A DNA stretch of 64,000 bases from Mobula hypostoma (GCF_963921235.1 NC_086097.1:211856001-211920000), one strand, 5' to 3'; shown: positions 13,030-25,604, counted from the first letter of the stretch. A program made the numbers and translations. The notes: generated from the sequence alone by a model not told the origin.

Positions 13030-14110
13030 TATTAGGGTATGAAGTATATCTCTGTAATGGGACAAGTAAAAAGCCCAACCTACTATAGGTTCCTGGAAGT
13101 GTTGGAGGGGTGGAGATTCCTGAACAGGTGTGTCCACCTCAGGTAGGTGGTCCTGGTCATAAGGAGCAGGCCACTCTATTTCTTTCCCTATCTTTTGTTG
13201 CACCTGATTTCACCTTGTGGTGCTCTGATCACAAATGATTGTGGTGCATGCTGCTGGACTATTGTTCCCTTGGTAGATTGGTCTGAAACCCAAACAGCTT
13301 TACCACTCCTGAGCAGCAACAAAGGTTTTGCTCCATAAATGAGATCACGTATGCTCTTCATTTTCTCACGCTGTGTTGTCTCAAAACTTCTCACTTTGTC
13401 TGAGTCCGCTAAGTGAGGTTGGAGAAGGGAAGGAATAACAGGCAGGCTTGTTCTCTGTCTCTGACCCATTGACAGCTCTGATGGACTGTAGACATTTACA
13501 AGAGGCATGGAGCGATAAGCTGGCAGTGTTTTGTAGGGGTCCTTTGCCTTCAGTAGGAGACTCTTAACAGTTTGCTCTGCTCTTTCTGTTGCTCCATTTG
13601 CCTGTGGGTACTGTGGACTGCTTGTCTGGTGTTTGAACTCATAGTCCCTAGCAAAGGCTTTGAATCCTGAGCAGCTGAATTGTGGACCATTGTCTGACAA
13701 GTGTCCCTGGTATTCCATGGTGAACGAATGCAGCTTTCAGGCGCTGTATAACTGCTCTGAGGGTGTAGAGGACAGCCTGGACACCTCAACATTGCCTGAG
13801 TAGTAATCCACAGTCAGGAGATATTTGTCTTTTTTCACTTAGAAAATGTCTGTGCCTGCAATTTGCCATGGAACGTCTGGGAATTCTGTGGGAGAGAGAG
13901 GTTCAGCATGATTTTTGTGTAGTTTTATGCATGTTTCACATTATTTTACATAACCTCCCAGCTTTGTGCTCAGACCAGACCACCACATGGATTGCTGATC
14001 TTTTAGGTGACATTTTTGATGTCTTTATGTCCTTGCTGGATTTGACAAATGATTTTGGTGTGCATTGAAGCAGGAATGAAGTGTGTGGAGTCCTTTAGCA
14101 GCAAACCATC
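13030..14110 (-). mobile_element. Degenerate Gypsy element B, integrase part
   Basis: SDNGPQF…HQTSSPQYPQANGATERA. Continues at 25605 on the other side of the nested insertions. Confidence 0.85.
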
Positions 14111-14122
14111 AATGGTGAGTGT

Positions 14123-14236
14123 CACAAACAAGAGAAAATCTGCAGATGCTGGGAATCCAAGCAACACACACAAAATCCAGGAGGAACTCAGCATCTATGG
14201 AAAGAAGAACAGTCGACGTTTTGGGCTGAATCCCTC
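14123..14236 (-). mobile_element. PLE-derived short insertion, left part (right part 25542-25592)
   Basis: 12-bp TSD aatggtgagtgt at 14111-14122 and 25593-25604. Its hammerhead stem II is split by element A. Confidence 0.8.
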
Positions 14237-15626
14237 TGTCATTGTCCCGTCTGGCAATACCCCATCTTGCTATTACCTCCTTGATGAGGTCTTAATCCCC
14301 TCGTCTGATTTCCAATTGTTCCCAGTTTTCATTAATTACAGCACACCTGCTTTCCATCAGCGAACTGGGAATAAGAACCCTGGCGTCACTGTCATGTTTC
14401 ACCAGTTCGTTGGTCTATTCTAGTGTGTGTAAACCTTGTTTCCTGACTCCTTAGGACTGTCAGTTCTAAGCTCCGCACCATTCCCAGGATAATCTATGTA
14501 AACCTTGTCTCCGTGTAAAGATTCTCCTGAATACCTGTTCCATGTTCGCGGCTGCGCTAACGCCTCACAACCCTGTCTCCGTGCCTGTGTCCTGCCCTTG
14601 GGTTCGTCCCCAGCCACATCCTTGCAACAGAACGAACTGGCCAGAATGAACCCAGTGAACACGGACCCCGTGCAATAGGCCCTCGCCAGCCAGGGCTACC
14701 GACTGGGCGCCCATGACCAACTGCTCAGAGAGGTCACGGAAAACCTTCGTGCGCTGTTCATGAATGTAAGGAAGGTCAGTGAGCAGGTTGACCGGGTATC
14801 CTCTTCCCTTACTCCGTCCCTTCCAGGAACCCCGTCTGACCAAACCGCACAGCCTGGGATGGCTACGCCCCTTGGGTCAGCAACACATCCTCTTGAGCGC
14901 TGTATGTACCTGAACCGGAGCCCTACGCTGGGGACCTAGGGAAGTGCCGGGCCTTCTTATTACAATGCTCCTTGGTCTTTGAGCAACAGCCATGTACGTA
15001 CACCTCGGACAGATCAAAAATTGCGTACATCACGGGGCTGTTACGAGGGGATGCCTTGGCATGGGCCACCACGATCTGAGACAACCAAACAAAGGTCTGT
15101 TCCTCCTTCTCCTCCTTCGTTTCCGTAATGAGGAGGTCTTTGAACAGCCCATTCGCGGTAAGGACACCGCTAAGCGTTTGCTAACTCTCTATCAGGGTTC
15201 GCGAAGCGTAGCAAAATACTCCATCGAGTTCCGAACATTAGCATCTGACTCTGGGTGGAATGACGAGGCACTACGGGAAGTGTTTGGACAGGGCCTCTCA
15301 GATAAGAGAAAAGATGAACTGGCAGCGAAGGATGATACGGACAGCCTGGACTCTCTGACCTCTCTAGCCACCAGGCTCGATAATCAACCTCAAGAGCGTC
15401 TGAGAGAAAAGGCCAGTCGCCCCGCTCCTCAGGTCAGCCCACGTCCCACCTTACCACCTTCAGCCGGTCTCCCTTCCCCGGCCGCTCCAAGTATAGCTCC
15501 TGCTCTGACTGTCCCCACTACCCTGGGGAGGAACCGAAGTAGCTGGGATGGAACTGTCTCTCCCCGGCCGAGCAACTTCGGAGGTGGAGAGCTGGGGATT
15601 GTTACTATTGTGGCCAGCCAAGTCAT

Positions 15627-16329
15627 ACTTTATACTTTATACTTTATTGTCGCCAAACAATTGATACTAGAACGTACAATCATCACAGCAATGTTTGATT
15701 CTGTGCTTCCCACTCCCTGGATTACAAATATTAAATATTAAAAATAGTGAAAATTAGTAAATATTAAAAATTTTAATTATAACTCATAAATAGAAAATAG
15801 AAAAATGGGAAGTAAGGTGGTGCAAAAAAACCAAGAGGCTGGTCCGGATATTTGGAGGGTATGGCCCCGATCTAGGCCAGGATCTGTTCAGCAGTCTTAT
15901 CACAGTTGGAAAGAAGTTGTTCCCAAATCTGGCCGTACGAGTCTTCAAGCTCCTGAACCTTCTCCTGGAGGGAAGAGGGACGAAAAGTCTGTTGGCTGGG
16001 TGGGTCGTGTCCTTGATTATCCTGGCAGCACTGCTCCAACAGTGTGTGGTGTAAAGTGAGTCCACGGACAGAAAATTGGTTTGTGGGATGTGCTATGCCG
16101 TGTTCACGATCTTCTGCAGCTTCTTTCGGTCTTGGACAGGACAACTTCCATACCAGGTTGTGATGCACCCTAGAAGAATGCTTTCTACGGTGCATCTATA
16201 AAAATTAATGAGGGTTTTAGGGGACAGGCCAAATTTCTTTAGTTTTCTCAGGAAGTGAAGGCACAGGTGGGCCTTCTTGGCAATGAACTCTGCTTGGTTG
16301 GACCAAGTCAGGTCATTTGTGATATTGAC
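15627..16329 (-). mobile_element. 5'-truncated Rex1/Babar-type LINE inserted in the gag zinc knuckle of element A
   Basis: FLRKLKKFGLSPKTLINFYRCTVESILLGCITTWYG; (taaagta)n tail. The host motif CYYCGQPSH…RDTCP is split by it. Confidence 0.9.
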
Positions 16330-18300
16330 CGGGATACCTGTCCCCTGCGGCCAAAAGGGAGGGCTCACCAGTAGAAAGGGGGACCCTGGTGAGCCAGACG
16401 ACACTCCCTTCAGTTCCCCCAGACCCAGATGCAGATTCCGGCTACCGTGAACTATCAACAACAGTCCCTGTCCCTATCCACCTTGGTGGATTCCAGTGTC
16501 GAGGGAAATCTGCTGGACGAGGACATAGCTTCCCGGGCCGGAATACCTTGGGAGCTGTTAAGTAGCCCTCTGGAGGCCCAGGCGCTGGACGGAAAACTGC
16601 TGGCTCGGGTTACCCACTGTACGCCACCTCTGACCTTGATTCTGTCTGGAAACCATTGAAAGGAGGTACAATTTAATCTCATTCATTCTCCTCAAACTCC
16701 TGTAGTTCTAGGATATCCCTGGCTGAACCACCACAACCCCTACATTGACTGGTCTACCAGGAGGAGAGCCAGTTGGAGCCCATTTTGCCAAGCCACCTGT
16801 CTGCGTTCGGCTCCATCCCCTCTGGAGGCTCCCGCGACCTCGCCTGTCTTGGAACCCCTTGACCTGTCCAGAGTCCCTGCAGAATACCATGACCTGGGAC
16901 AGGTATTCAGCAAACAACGGGCTCTTTCCCTGCCTCCACACCGCCCATATGATTGCGCTATCGACCTTCTCCCCGGGGCCTCGTTACCCACTAGTTGTCT
17001 TTATAACTTATCCTGACCGGAGAGCGAGGCCATGGAGAAATACATTAATGTGTCCCTCGCGGTGGGCATTATTCGACCCTCATCCTCCCCGGTGGGCGTC
17101 GGTTTCTTTGGTCACTTCGTCCCTGTATTGATTACCGAGGCCTAAACAATATAACAGCTAAAAATAAGTACCCATTGCCCCTCATTAACTCAGCATTTGA
17201 ACCACTTCACGGAGCCACCATCTTCTCGAAGTTGGACCTTCGTAGCGCCTACCATCTAGTCAGGATGAGGGAGGGAGACGAGTGGAAGACGGCCTTTAAT
17301 ACACCATTGGGCCACTTCAAATACTTGGTCATGCCGTTTGGCCTCACCAATGCCCCCGCCATTTTTCAAGCACTAATCAATGATGTGCTGAGGGACTTCA
17401 CTGACCGCTTCGTGTTCGTCTACCTAGATGACATCTTAATATTTCCTAGCAGCCTCCAGAAACACATTCACCATGTCTGTCTAGTCCTCCAGAGACTGTG
17501 GGAGAACAAGTTATTTGTGAAGGCGGAGAAGTGTGAGTTCCACGTTCCCTCGGTCAGCTTCCTGGGCTACATCATCGAGAGCAGACAAATGAGGGCAGAT
17601 CCCAAGAAGATCCGGGCGGTGGAAGAATGGCCCAGACCCACGACCGGCAAACAACTTCAGCGGTTTTTGGGTTTTGCAAACTTTTACCGCCGATTTATCA
17701 GGGATTACAGTCGGGTGGTGGCACCCCTCACCCAACTTACTTTGCCCACAACACCTTTTCTTTGAGACTCCGAGGCCAATTCAGCTGTCACGGAACTAAA
17801 GAGACGTTTCATGACCGCACCCATCCTGGTCCCTCCCGCCAATTCATTGTAGAGCTTGACGCCTCTGACTCCGGGGTGGGAGCAGTCCTGTCCCAACGAT
17901 CAAGTCCGGACGAGAAGCTTCATCCCTGTGCCTTCTTTCCTCGCCGGCTGTCCCTCGCCGAGCAGAATACGACATGGGGAATCGGGAACTACTGGTAGTC
18001 AAGCTAGCTTTGGAGGAGTGGAGGCAATGGTTGGAGGGGGTGGATTGTTTATTGTTTGGACTGATCATAAGAACCTGGGATATATTCAGACCGCCAAACG
18101 TTTGAACTCCCACCAGGCCCGTTAGGCATTATTTTTTGGACAATTCAAGTTTTCTCTCACATACCGTCCAGGGTCCAAGAACGGGAAACTTGACGTGCTC
18201 TTCCGCCAATACAATTCCAAGGTGGACACTTCCAGCCCAGAGACTATCCTCCCACCATCCTGTGTGGTGGTAACCCTCACTTGGGAGATTGAGTCCATAG

Positions 18301-21300
18301 TGTTACGTACCCCGTAACTGGGTTGCCAAACCAGCAGAAATGGATCACTCAGTTGGAGTCTGGAGTACTAGAACTAAGAAAGTTTTATTAAAGAAACAAG
18401 CAACACAGTAATCGAAAGGATAATAAATGCAACAATTCAACAATGATAACCACACATGTGCACAGAATTAAGATAACAGCATCAATCAAGCTCTATCGTT
18501 GTCTAGGGGTAAATGACCAATTTCAAAATGACTCAAAGTTCAGTCCAGTTTGTAGTTCAGTTCGCAGTAATCGTTGCCATGGCGATGGACAAGGTGGGGG
18601 AAGAGAGACAGAATAGGAACAACTGATCATTCAGAACACTGCTTCACTCACAGACCAGCGGGATGGCTCACAGACCAGCGAGATGGCTCACAAACAGCTT
18701 TTGGGCAGGTCCTTGGTGATGTCACCTGAGGTCACCGACTGTGACCCCTCCTCCAGATGCGGTCGATCCTCTGCAGTGAACCCGGCACCCAGGCAAGGGC
18801 GGACACACACCAGGTTCCCGCTGATCGTACCTGTCCACCCTTGTCGTTGTCCGATACTTCTCACCCACTCGTGAGAAGCGCACCGCTTCCAGGGTCTCGT
18901 TACCTCGGGTGGCGTGTGTGTGTCTTAGCGAACCTGTCCCTTTTTATCCCCCTGCTGGGGTATCGCCTGTCCATCACTTCAAACAGTTCAGGGTTCAAAG
19001 GGGGGAGCCGCTCCAGACAGCTCTTCCTCCCACATCCCTTCATTACACATCTCCAGACGCTGCTCCATTGTTCCTTATCTCTCCTTCCCCTGAGGGCAGG
19101 TGGCAGACCAACTGCTGATGCCACTGATGCTAGCCCAGGCCAGCAAACATCTTAATTTTATGTGTATTCTCGTAACACTTCCCCCCTTTAAGGATTTTTA
19201 CCGGGAGGTAAAAATTACAAACATGACTACATTATCTGATACATACACAATATACATCTTTAACAGTTATTTAGCTAATACAGAGTATTTGAAGCTGTCA
19301 ACACCTTGACAGACAGTCATCACATTTTCTGTTCCTTTTACACGTGTTATTAATAATCCCTTAGACCAGGCTCCAACTCAGCAAACTTCATAGTGGCCAA
19401 AAACACTGATGAATTGCGACCAATGTAACCTCTCATTTGGTTTTGTCCCGGACCACAATAACAAGGGTCGTCCCATTCCGACTCAGTTTTCTCTCGCAAG
19501 GGCTTAGTAGGAGGGGGACGGGTATTGACCGCAGAGTTATTGCAAAACTTCCTGCAGTACCCCACCATCTCCAAGAGCCTTCTGAGGGCCCTCTTGTCTG
19601 TCGGGGTTGGGAGGTCAGCGATAGCCTGCACTGCAGCTTGCATCGCTGCCAGCTGCCCCTGTGTCACCACAATTCCCAGGTAGGTGACCCTCGTGTGGCC
19701 GAATTCATTTTTTTCAAGGTTCACTATCAGACTGGCTTCAGACAGCCGTATTAAATTGCCAATACACACCCTGTGGTCATCAGCCCTTTAGTCACTGAAT
19801 TACTCGAAAAATATGGGTGTTGTTTACTTGGCTGCCCTATTGTAACAGACATAACCCAACGTCCCAGTTCTTTGCATTTCCTCGGGACAATCAAACACAT
19901 AGGTGCGAGTCGTTTAATTACTCCTTCGGGGATTAAGGGAGAGACCTTATCAGTAGACCTGGCCAAAACAATAGCCTTCTCCCATCTGACCGATCCCATC
20001 CCAATCTTTTCAAAATGGTTTTTTTCTCTTAGCAGGGGGCCCCTAGCTTCATTGATTTCCACGCTAACACCGACTAGGTTTGTTAGCGTATCAAAAGCCG
20101 GTGACCGTCTCAGTTCGCGTCGGTCATGATCAATAACATTCTTCCCCCTGGGCAGCCGGTAAATCTCTTTCATGATTCCACCAACTGTTTCCTCCAGCAC
20201 CGCAAAATGTCCACCGGGGGGTACCTCGTGGGCCATGTTAAAAACCTCATCCCCATAACTCTTTTGCACCACCCCCCATTCCTCATCTGCGGGTACTGTA
20301 CTTGATTTTCCTTTCTTCCTTAGCACTTCCTCATCCGCACAATAGCCTACTAGTTCCCTTGTCAAGGCTGTGTCAGAGAGAGCTGTCTCGGCAAAAACCA
20401 TCAGCCCCTCGTCTCGCTCCTGCGTCTGCACAACTTCTTTCCTGGCTACTGCTACGTCCGTCCCAGCTCCCTCACTACCTCTTATCTCACTACACCCTGT
20501 CTCATACAAGGTTGGCAGAAACGTTTCAGCCAAATTCACCATCGCGGGCGGGGCCTCCATGCTGGCAGGGTGACCCGTCAATCTCACGACTGGGAACACG
20601 ATTCCTCCGGCGATGTCATTACCGAGCAAGACTTCCACGTCTTTCATCGGTAATTCGGACCTCACCCCGATCGTGACTAGTCCAGAGACCAGGTTGCTCT
20701 GTAAATGTATCTGGTGCAAAGGGACCGACTCTGTCCCTTCCCCAACACCTTTGACCTCTACCTCCCCAGTCTGGGTCTCTGAGCTAAACTCTAATACACT
20801 CTTCAGTATTAGTGACTGACACGCTCCCGTGTCTCTCCAGATCCGCACTGGAACTGGTTTTAACCTCTCCTTCACTGACACCAGTCCGGCCGAGATAAAC
20901 CTCTCGCGCCCTTCCTGGACTTTTTCAGACCTGTCCTTCCCTAGCGGTTCACTTAACAGCTCAATACAGCCATTCAAAATTTCCGCTTTTCCTTTCCCCG
21001 TCTCCTTCCTTGGGGCAAAGCACCTGGACGCAAAGTGTCCGACTTTCCCACAATTAAAACAGACGACCCCAGGAGACTTCCTACCAGACTGCTCCCGGTC
21101 TACCTTATCCTTTTCACTAGTCCCCGGCTTACTTTCTGACTTTTCCGGTGGACTCTCCCCGCCGTCCTGACTACCCTTCTGGTAGCCTTTACTCGGGGCA
21201 ACCTTCATTTTATGCGTCAACGCATACTCATCCGCTAACTTAGCAGTTGCGGCTAACGTGGCTGCCTCTTTCTCATCGAGGTAGGGTCTCATACCCTCAG

Positions 21301-23106
21301 GGACACAACCTTTAAACTGCTCAATCAGAATCAGCTGCAGCAGTCTGTCATAATCCCCCTCTACCCCCTTCGAGGCGCACCAACGCTCACAATATGTTTG
21401 CATCTCGCGAGCAAACTCCAAATACGTGCGGTCCCACTGCTTCCTCGCATTCCGGAACCTCTGCCGGTATGCCTCCGGGACCAACTCATAAATCCTGAGG
21501 ATGGCCTCCTTCACCACCTCATACTTCTGGGCATCTTCCGCGGATAAAGCGGAGTAAGCTTGTTGGGCTTTCCCTTTCAGTACACTCTGAAGTAAAACAA
21601 CCCACTTATCCCTCGGCCAGTCCTGACTTATAGCTACTTTTTCGAAGTGGAGAAAGTACCGATCCACATCGGTATCGTCAAAAGGGGGAACCAGCCTAAC
21701 CTCCTGGGTCGCCCGGAACCCTCCACCTTGGTTCGGCACGAGCCCCTGCTCGGCCCTTATCTTTAACTTCTCCAGCTCAAATTCCCTTTCCCTCTGTTTC
21801 TCCTCTCTCTCCAACTGTCTGTCCCTCTCTCTCTCCTTCTCTTCGTGTTCTAACTGCCGTACCCGGAACTCGTGCTCGAGTCTCAGTTTTTCAAGCTGTA
21901 CCTGTACCGCGTCTCCAGCAGGTTTTTCAATAGACACCTCCCCCAGCTCACCTTGGGGAAACACACCTTTAGATACATAGTGCTCTACAATAGCTCTGTG
22001 TATCTCCTCTCTCCTCATTGTCGACTTCACCTTAGCAAGATTCACCCGTTTGGCCACAGCTATCAATTCCGATTTCCTGGCATCCTCTAATGCCTCCAAG
22101 GTCGGCGCCTTTATAAATTCCTCAACCTCCATTTCTGCTGTTTGTCTTTTCTTTCTTTCAGGAATTTTAACCCAATCAATTCACTCGTCCCAAATTTAGC
22201 GTTCAAAATCCCGGACGAGCCCCCACTTATGTTACGTACCCCGTAACTGGGTTGCCAAACCAGCAGAAATGGATCACTCAGTTGGAGTCTGGAGTACTAG
22301 AACTAAGAAAGTTTTATTAAAGAAACAAGCAACACAGTAATCGAAAGGATAATAAATGCAACAATTCAACAATGATAACCACACATGTGCACAGAATTAA
22401 GATAACAGCATCAATCAAGCTCTATCGTTGTCTAGGGGTAAATGACCAATTTCAAAATGACTCAAAGTTCAGTCCAGTTTGTAGTTCAGTTCGCAGTAAT
22501 CGTTGCCATGGCGATGGACAAGGTGGGGGAAGAGAGACAGAATAGGAACAACTGATCATTCAGAACACTGCTTCACTCACAGACCAGCGGGATGGCTCAC
22601 AGACCAGCGAGATGGCTCACAAACAGCTTTTGGGCAGGTCCTTGGTGATGTCACCTGAGGTCACCGACTGTGACCCCTCCTCCAGATGCGGTCGATCCTC
22701 TGCAGTGAACCCGGCACCCAGGCAAGGGCGGACACACACCGGGTTCCCGCTGATCGTACCTTTCCACCCTTGTCGTTGTCCGGTACTTCTCACCCACTCG
22801 TGAGAAGCGCACCGCTTCCAGGGTCTCGTTACCTCGGGTGGCGTGTGTGTGTCTTAGCGAACCTGTCCCTTTTTATCCCCCTGCTGGGGTATCGCCTGTC
22901 CATCACTTCAAACAGTTCAGGGTTCAAAGGGGGGAGCCGCTCCAGACAGCTCTTCCTCCCACATCCCTTCATTACACATCTCCAGACGCTGCTCCATTGT
23001 TCCTTATCTCTCCTTCCCCTGAGGGCAGGTGGCAGACCAACTGCTGATGCCACTGATGCTAGCCCAGGCCAGCAAACATCTTAATTTTATGTGTATTCTC
23101 GTAACA
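18301..23106 (-). mobile_element. Element C: young non-autonomous Gmr1-like Gypsy element (4806 bp)
   Basis: 877-bp LTRs at 18301-19177 and 22230-23106 with 3 mismatches; 4-bp TSD atag; tRNA-Pro PBS tgggggctcgtccgggat (22208-22225, -); PPT aaggggggaag (19178-19188, -). Confidence 0.96.
19751..22132 (-). CDS. 793-aa Gag (coiled coil, SCAN-like capsid, CCHC knuckle)-aspartic protease polyprotein with a degenerate IN/RT tail
   Basis: PEAYRQRFR…LILIEQF (SCAN-like); CFNCGKVGHFASRC; RDTGACQS…LLGND; AHEVPPGGHF integrase zinc-finger remnant directly after the protease. Confidence 0.9.
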   Translation of the reverse strand: MEVEEFIKAPTLEALEDARKSELIAVAKRVNLAKVKSTMRREEIHRAIVEHYVSKGVFPQGELGEVSIEKPAGDAVQVQLEKLRLEHEFRVRQLEHEEKERERDRQLEREEKQREREFELEKLKIRAEQGLVPNQGGGFRATQEVRLVPPFDDTDVDRYFLHFEKVAISQDWPRDKWVVLLQSVLKGKAQQAYSALSAEDAQKYEVVKEAILRIYELVPEAYRQRFRNARKQWDRTYLEFAREMQTYCERWCASKGVEGDYDRLLQLILIEQFKGCVPEGMRPYLDEKEAATLAATAKLADEYALTHKMKVAPSKGYQKGSQDGGESPPEKSESKPGTSEKDKVDREQSGRKSPGVVCFNCGKVGHFASRCFAPRKETGKGKAEILNGCIELLSEPLGKDRSEKVQEGRERFISAGLVSVKERLKPVPVRIWRDTGACQSLILKSVLEFSSETQTGEVEVKGVGEGTESVPLHQIHLQSNLVSGLVTIGVRSELPMKDVEVLLGNDIAGGIVFPVVRLTGHPASMEAPPAMVNLAETFLPTLYETGCSEIRGSEGAGTDVAVARKEVVQTQERDEGLMVFAETALSDTALTRELVGYCADEEVLRKKGKSSTVPADEEWGVVQKSYGDEVFNMAHEVPPGGHFAVLEETVGGIMKEIYRLPRGKNVIDHDRRELRRSPAFDTLTNLVGVSVEINEARGPLLREKNHFEKIGMGSVRWEKAIVLARSTDKVSPLIPEGVIKRLAPMCLIVPRKCKELGRWVMSVTIGQPSKQHPYFSSNSVTKGLMTTGCVLAI

Positions 23107-24556
23107 ATAGTAAACAAAGCCCAACGAGATGACCCTGACCCCGGCAATGGACCCACCGATCACCTTTTTGTGCCTGATTCTGTCAGATCTCAGGTTCTCC
23201 GGTGGGGGCACACATCTCGGTTCGCCTGCCACCCTAGGAGTGATCGGACACTGGCTCTCCTGAAAAGACAGTTTTGGTGGCCTTCCATGGAGGCGGATAC
23301 CCGTTCCTATGTCTCTGCATGTTTTGTCTGTGCCCGAGGAAAAGCCTCCCATCGGCCACCTGCAGGATTACTTCATCCCCTACCTGTCCCTGGTCGTCCT
23401 TGGTCGCACATTGCCCTAGATTTTGTCACCGGTCTACCCCCTTCACATGGAAACACCACTGTACTCATCGTGCTAGACCGGTTCTCCAAGACGGTGCACT
23501 TTGTAGCCCTCCCTAAACTCCCTTCTGCTCAGGAAACTGCAGACCTTCTCGTCCGCCACGTCATCCACCTCCACGGAATTCCCGTGGACATCGTCTCTGA
23601 TCGAGGTCCCCAATTCGTCTTGCAGGTATGGAAGGCCTCCTGTCAAGCCTTGGGTGCCTCGGTCAGCCTGTCATCCGGCTTCCACCCACAGATGAACAGG
23701 CAAACGGAATGGGTCAACCAGGACTTGGAGGCGACGCTACGTTGTATAACAACCAACAACCCGGCTACCTGGAGCGACCACCTCGCGTGGGTTGAGTACG
23801 CCCATAACTCTCTGGTTAGTACTGCCATCGGAAGGTCTCCCTTCGAGTGCTCCCTTGGGTACCAACCCCCGCTGTTCCCCGCGCAAGAAGAGGAGATTGT
23901 GGTGCCATCTGTTCAGGCCCATATCGATCAGTGCCACAGGTTTGGGAGGACACACACACGGCCCTGCTCAGATCAGCAGATCGACACCAGACTCCTGCGC
24001 CTGAGTATCGACCTGGGCAGAAGGTGTGGCTCTCATCCAAAGACATCCCTTTCAAAAACGAGCCTAAGAAACTTGCCCCTCACTTCCTGGGACCTTTCGA
24101 GGTTTAAAGTATCATCAACCCCACAGCAGTCTGACTTAAACTACCAAGATCTATGCACATCCACCCTACTTTTCATGTTTCCCAATTAAAACCACTTTCC
24201 GTCAGCCCCTTGTGTCATCCGACTGAAACCCACCCAGATCATCGACAACCATCCGGCATACACCGTCCGGCGGCTACTAGAAGTGTGCCGTCGGGGCAAG
24301 GGCCTCCAATACCTGGTCGACTGGGAGGGATACGGCCCAGATGAGCGTTCCTGGGTTCCCTGCTCCTTCATCCTGGACCCCTCCCTCATCCAAGATTTAC
24401 ATCTGGACCATCCGGACAAGTCTGGAGGACTACCTGGAGGCTCCCATTGAGGGGGAGATACTGTCATGTTCCTGTCCGGCAATGCCCCATCTTGCTATTA
24501 TCTCCTTGATTAGGTCTTAATCCCCTCGTCTGATTTCCAATTGTTCCCAGTTTTCA

Positions 24557-25247
24557 GAGGGGAGGGGAGGAGAAGATGGCGGCGCAATGCAGAGCGTGCA
24601 GCCACTCCAAAATGATATCGTATTTGTTATATAGGGGCCATGCACAATCCTGATTTGATGGAGACAGACGTGAAGAAGCACGGAGGAACATCTGGAGAAA
24701 CTTCTGAAATGCCTGCTTCGCTGCCGCTGCTACTGTGCGATCGAGAATCTCTGGAGGGGAAGGCCGCAAATCCTTGGCTTTGCCTATTGCCTGTTGCTGG
24801 GGCCGGGGTTGAAGCGCTTGGCAGAGATGGTGCTCGGTGCTCGGTGTCGGAGGGCTGGTCGGAGGCTCGAAGTTTTCGGACGGACTCAGAGTCGGACCGT
24901 GGTCGGGTGCTTCCAGGATGCTGCATTGCCAAGTTTGCGGCGTTGGAAGCTCATGGCAGGGAGAGTTTCTCCCTTCTACTGCCTGCGTGAGATGATGGGA
25001 CTTTCGAGAGACTTCGAGAGTTTTTTTTACCATGCCCATGGTCTGCTCTTCATCAAATTACGGTATTGCTTTGCACTGTTGTAACTATATGTTATAATTA
25101 TGTGGTTTTTGTCAGTTTTTTTAGTCTTGGTTTGTCTTGTGTTTCTGTGATATCATTCTGGAGGAACAAATTGTAACATTTCTTAATGCATGCATTACTA
25201 AATGACAATAAAAGAGGACTGCGTGTCCTCATAATCTAAAAAAAATC
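24557..25247 (+). mobile_element. Non-autonomous ~690-bp retroposon inserted in the 3' LTR of element A
   Basis: Absent from the 5' LTR; starts with purines plus aagatggcggcg; ends aataaaa…cataatctaaaaaaaatc; no TSD. Confidence 0.8.
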
Positions 25248-25604
25248 TAATTACAGCACACCTGCTTTCCATCAGCGAACTGAGGATAAGAACCCTGGCG
25301 TCACTGTCATGCTTTGCCAGTTCGTTGGTCTATTCTAGTGTGTGTAAACCTTGTTTCCTGATTCCTTAGGACTGTCAGTTCTAAGCTCCGCACCATTCCC
25401 CGGATAATCTATGTAAACCTTATCTCCGTGTAAAGATTCTGAATACCTGTTCCACGTTCGTGGCTGTGCTAACACCTCACAACCGTGTCTCCATGCCTGT
25501 GTCCTGCCCTTGGGTTCGTCCCCAGTCACGTCCTTGCAACACCCTTTGGCAGGAGTGGAGGAAAAAAGCTGAGGTGTAGATTTAAATGTGTTAATGGTGA
25601 GTGT

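Larger units (their letters stand above)
14237..25541 (+). mobile_element. Element A: full-length degenerate chromovirus-type (sushi/Tf1-like) Gypsy LTR retrotransposon
   Basis: TG…CA LTRs at 14237-14629 and 24462-25541 (the 3' LTR is interrupted). 5-bp TSD ccctc/ccctt; PPT 24449-24461. Retrotransposon gag from ~14647, protease LVDSS, RT with YLDD (17175-17765), RNase H, integrase (23107-24189) and chromodomain ([17 protein letters not shown], ~24255-24450). Confidence 0.95.

Noticed and set aside
14647..17765. Possible domesticated PEG10/RTL1-like gene
   Set aside because: It lies between paired LTRs, has multiple stops and frameshifts, and carries a LINE insertion.
18683..19309. Identical short ORFs recurring at 18683-19155 and 22612-23084
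   Set aside because: They are chance ORFs within the two LTR copies of element C, not duplicated genes.
23029..24189. 386-aa ORF with a novel-looking N-terminus fused to an integrase
   Set aside because: The first ~26 codons are LTR-C sequence read through the insertion junction into element A's integrase, and the C-terminus is frameshifted.
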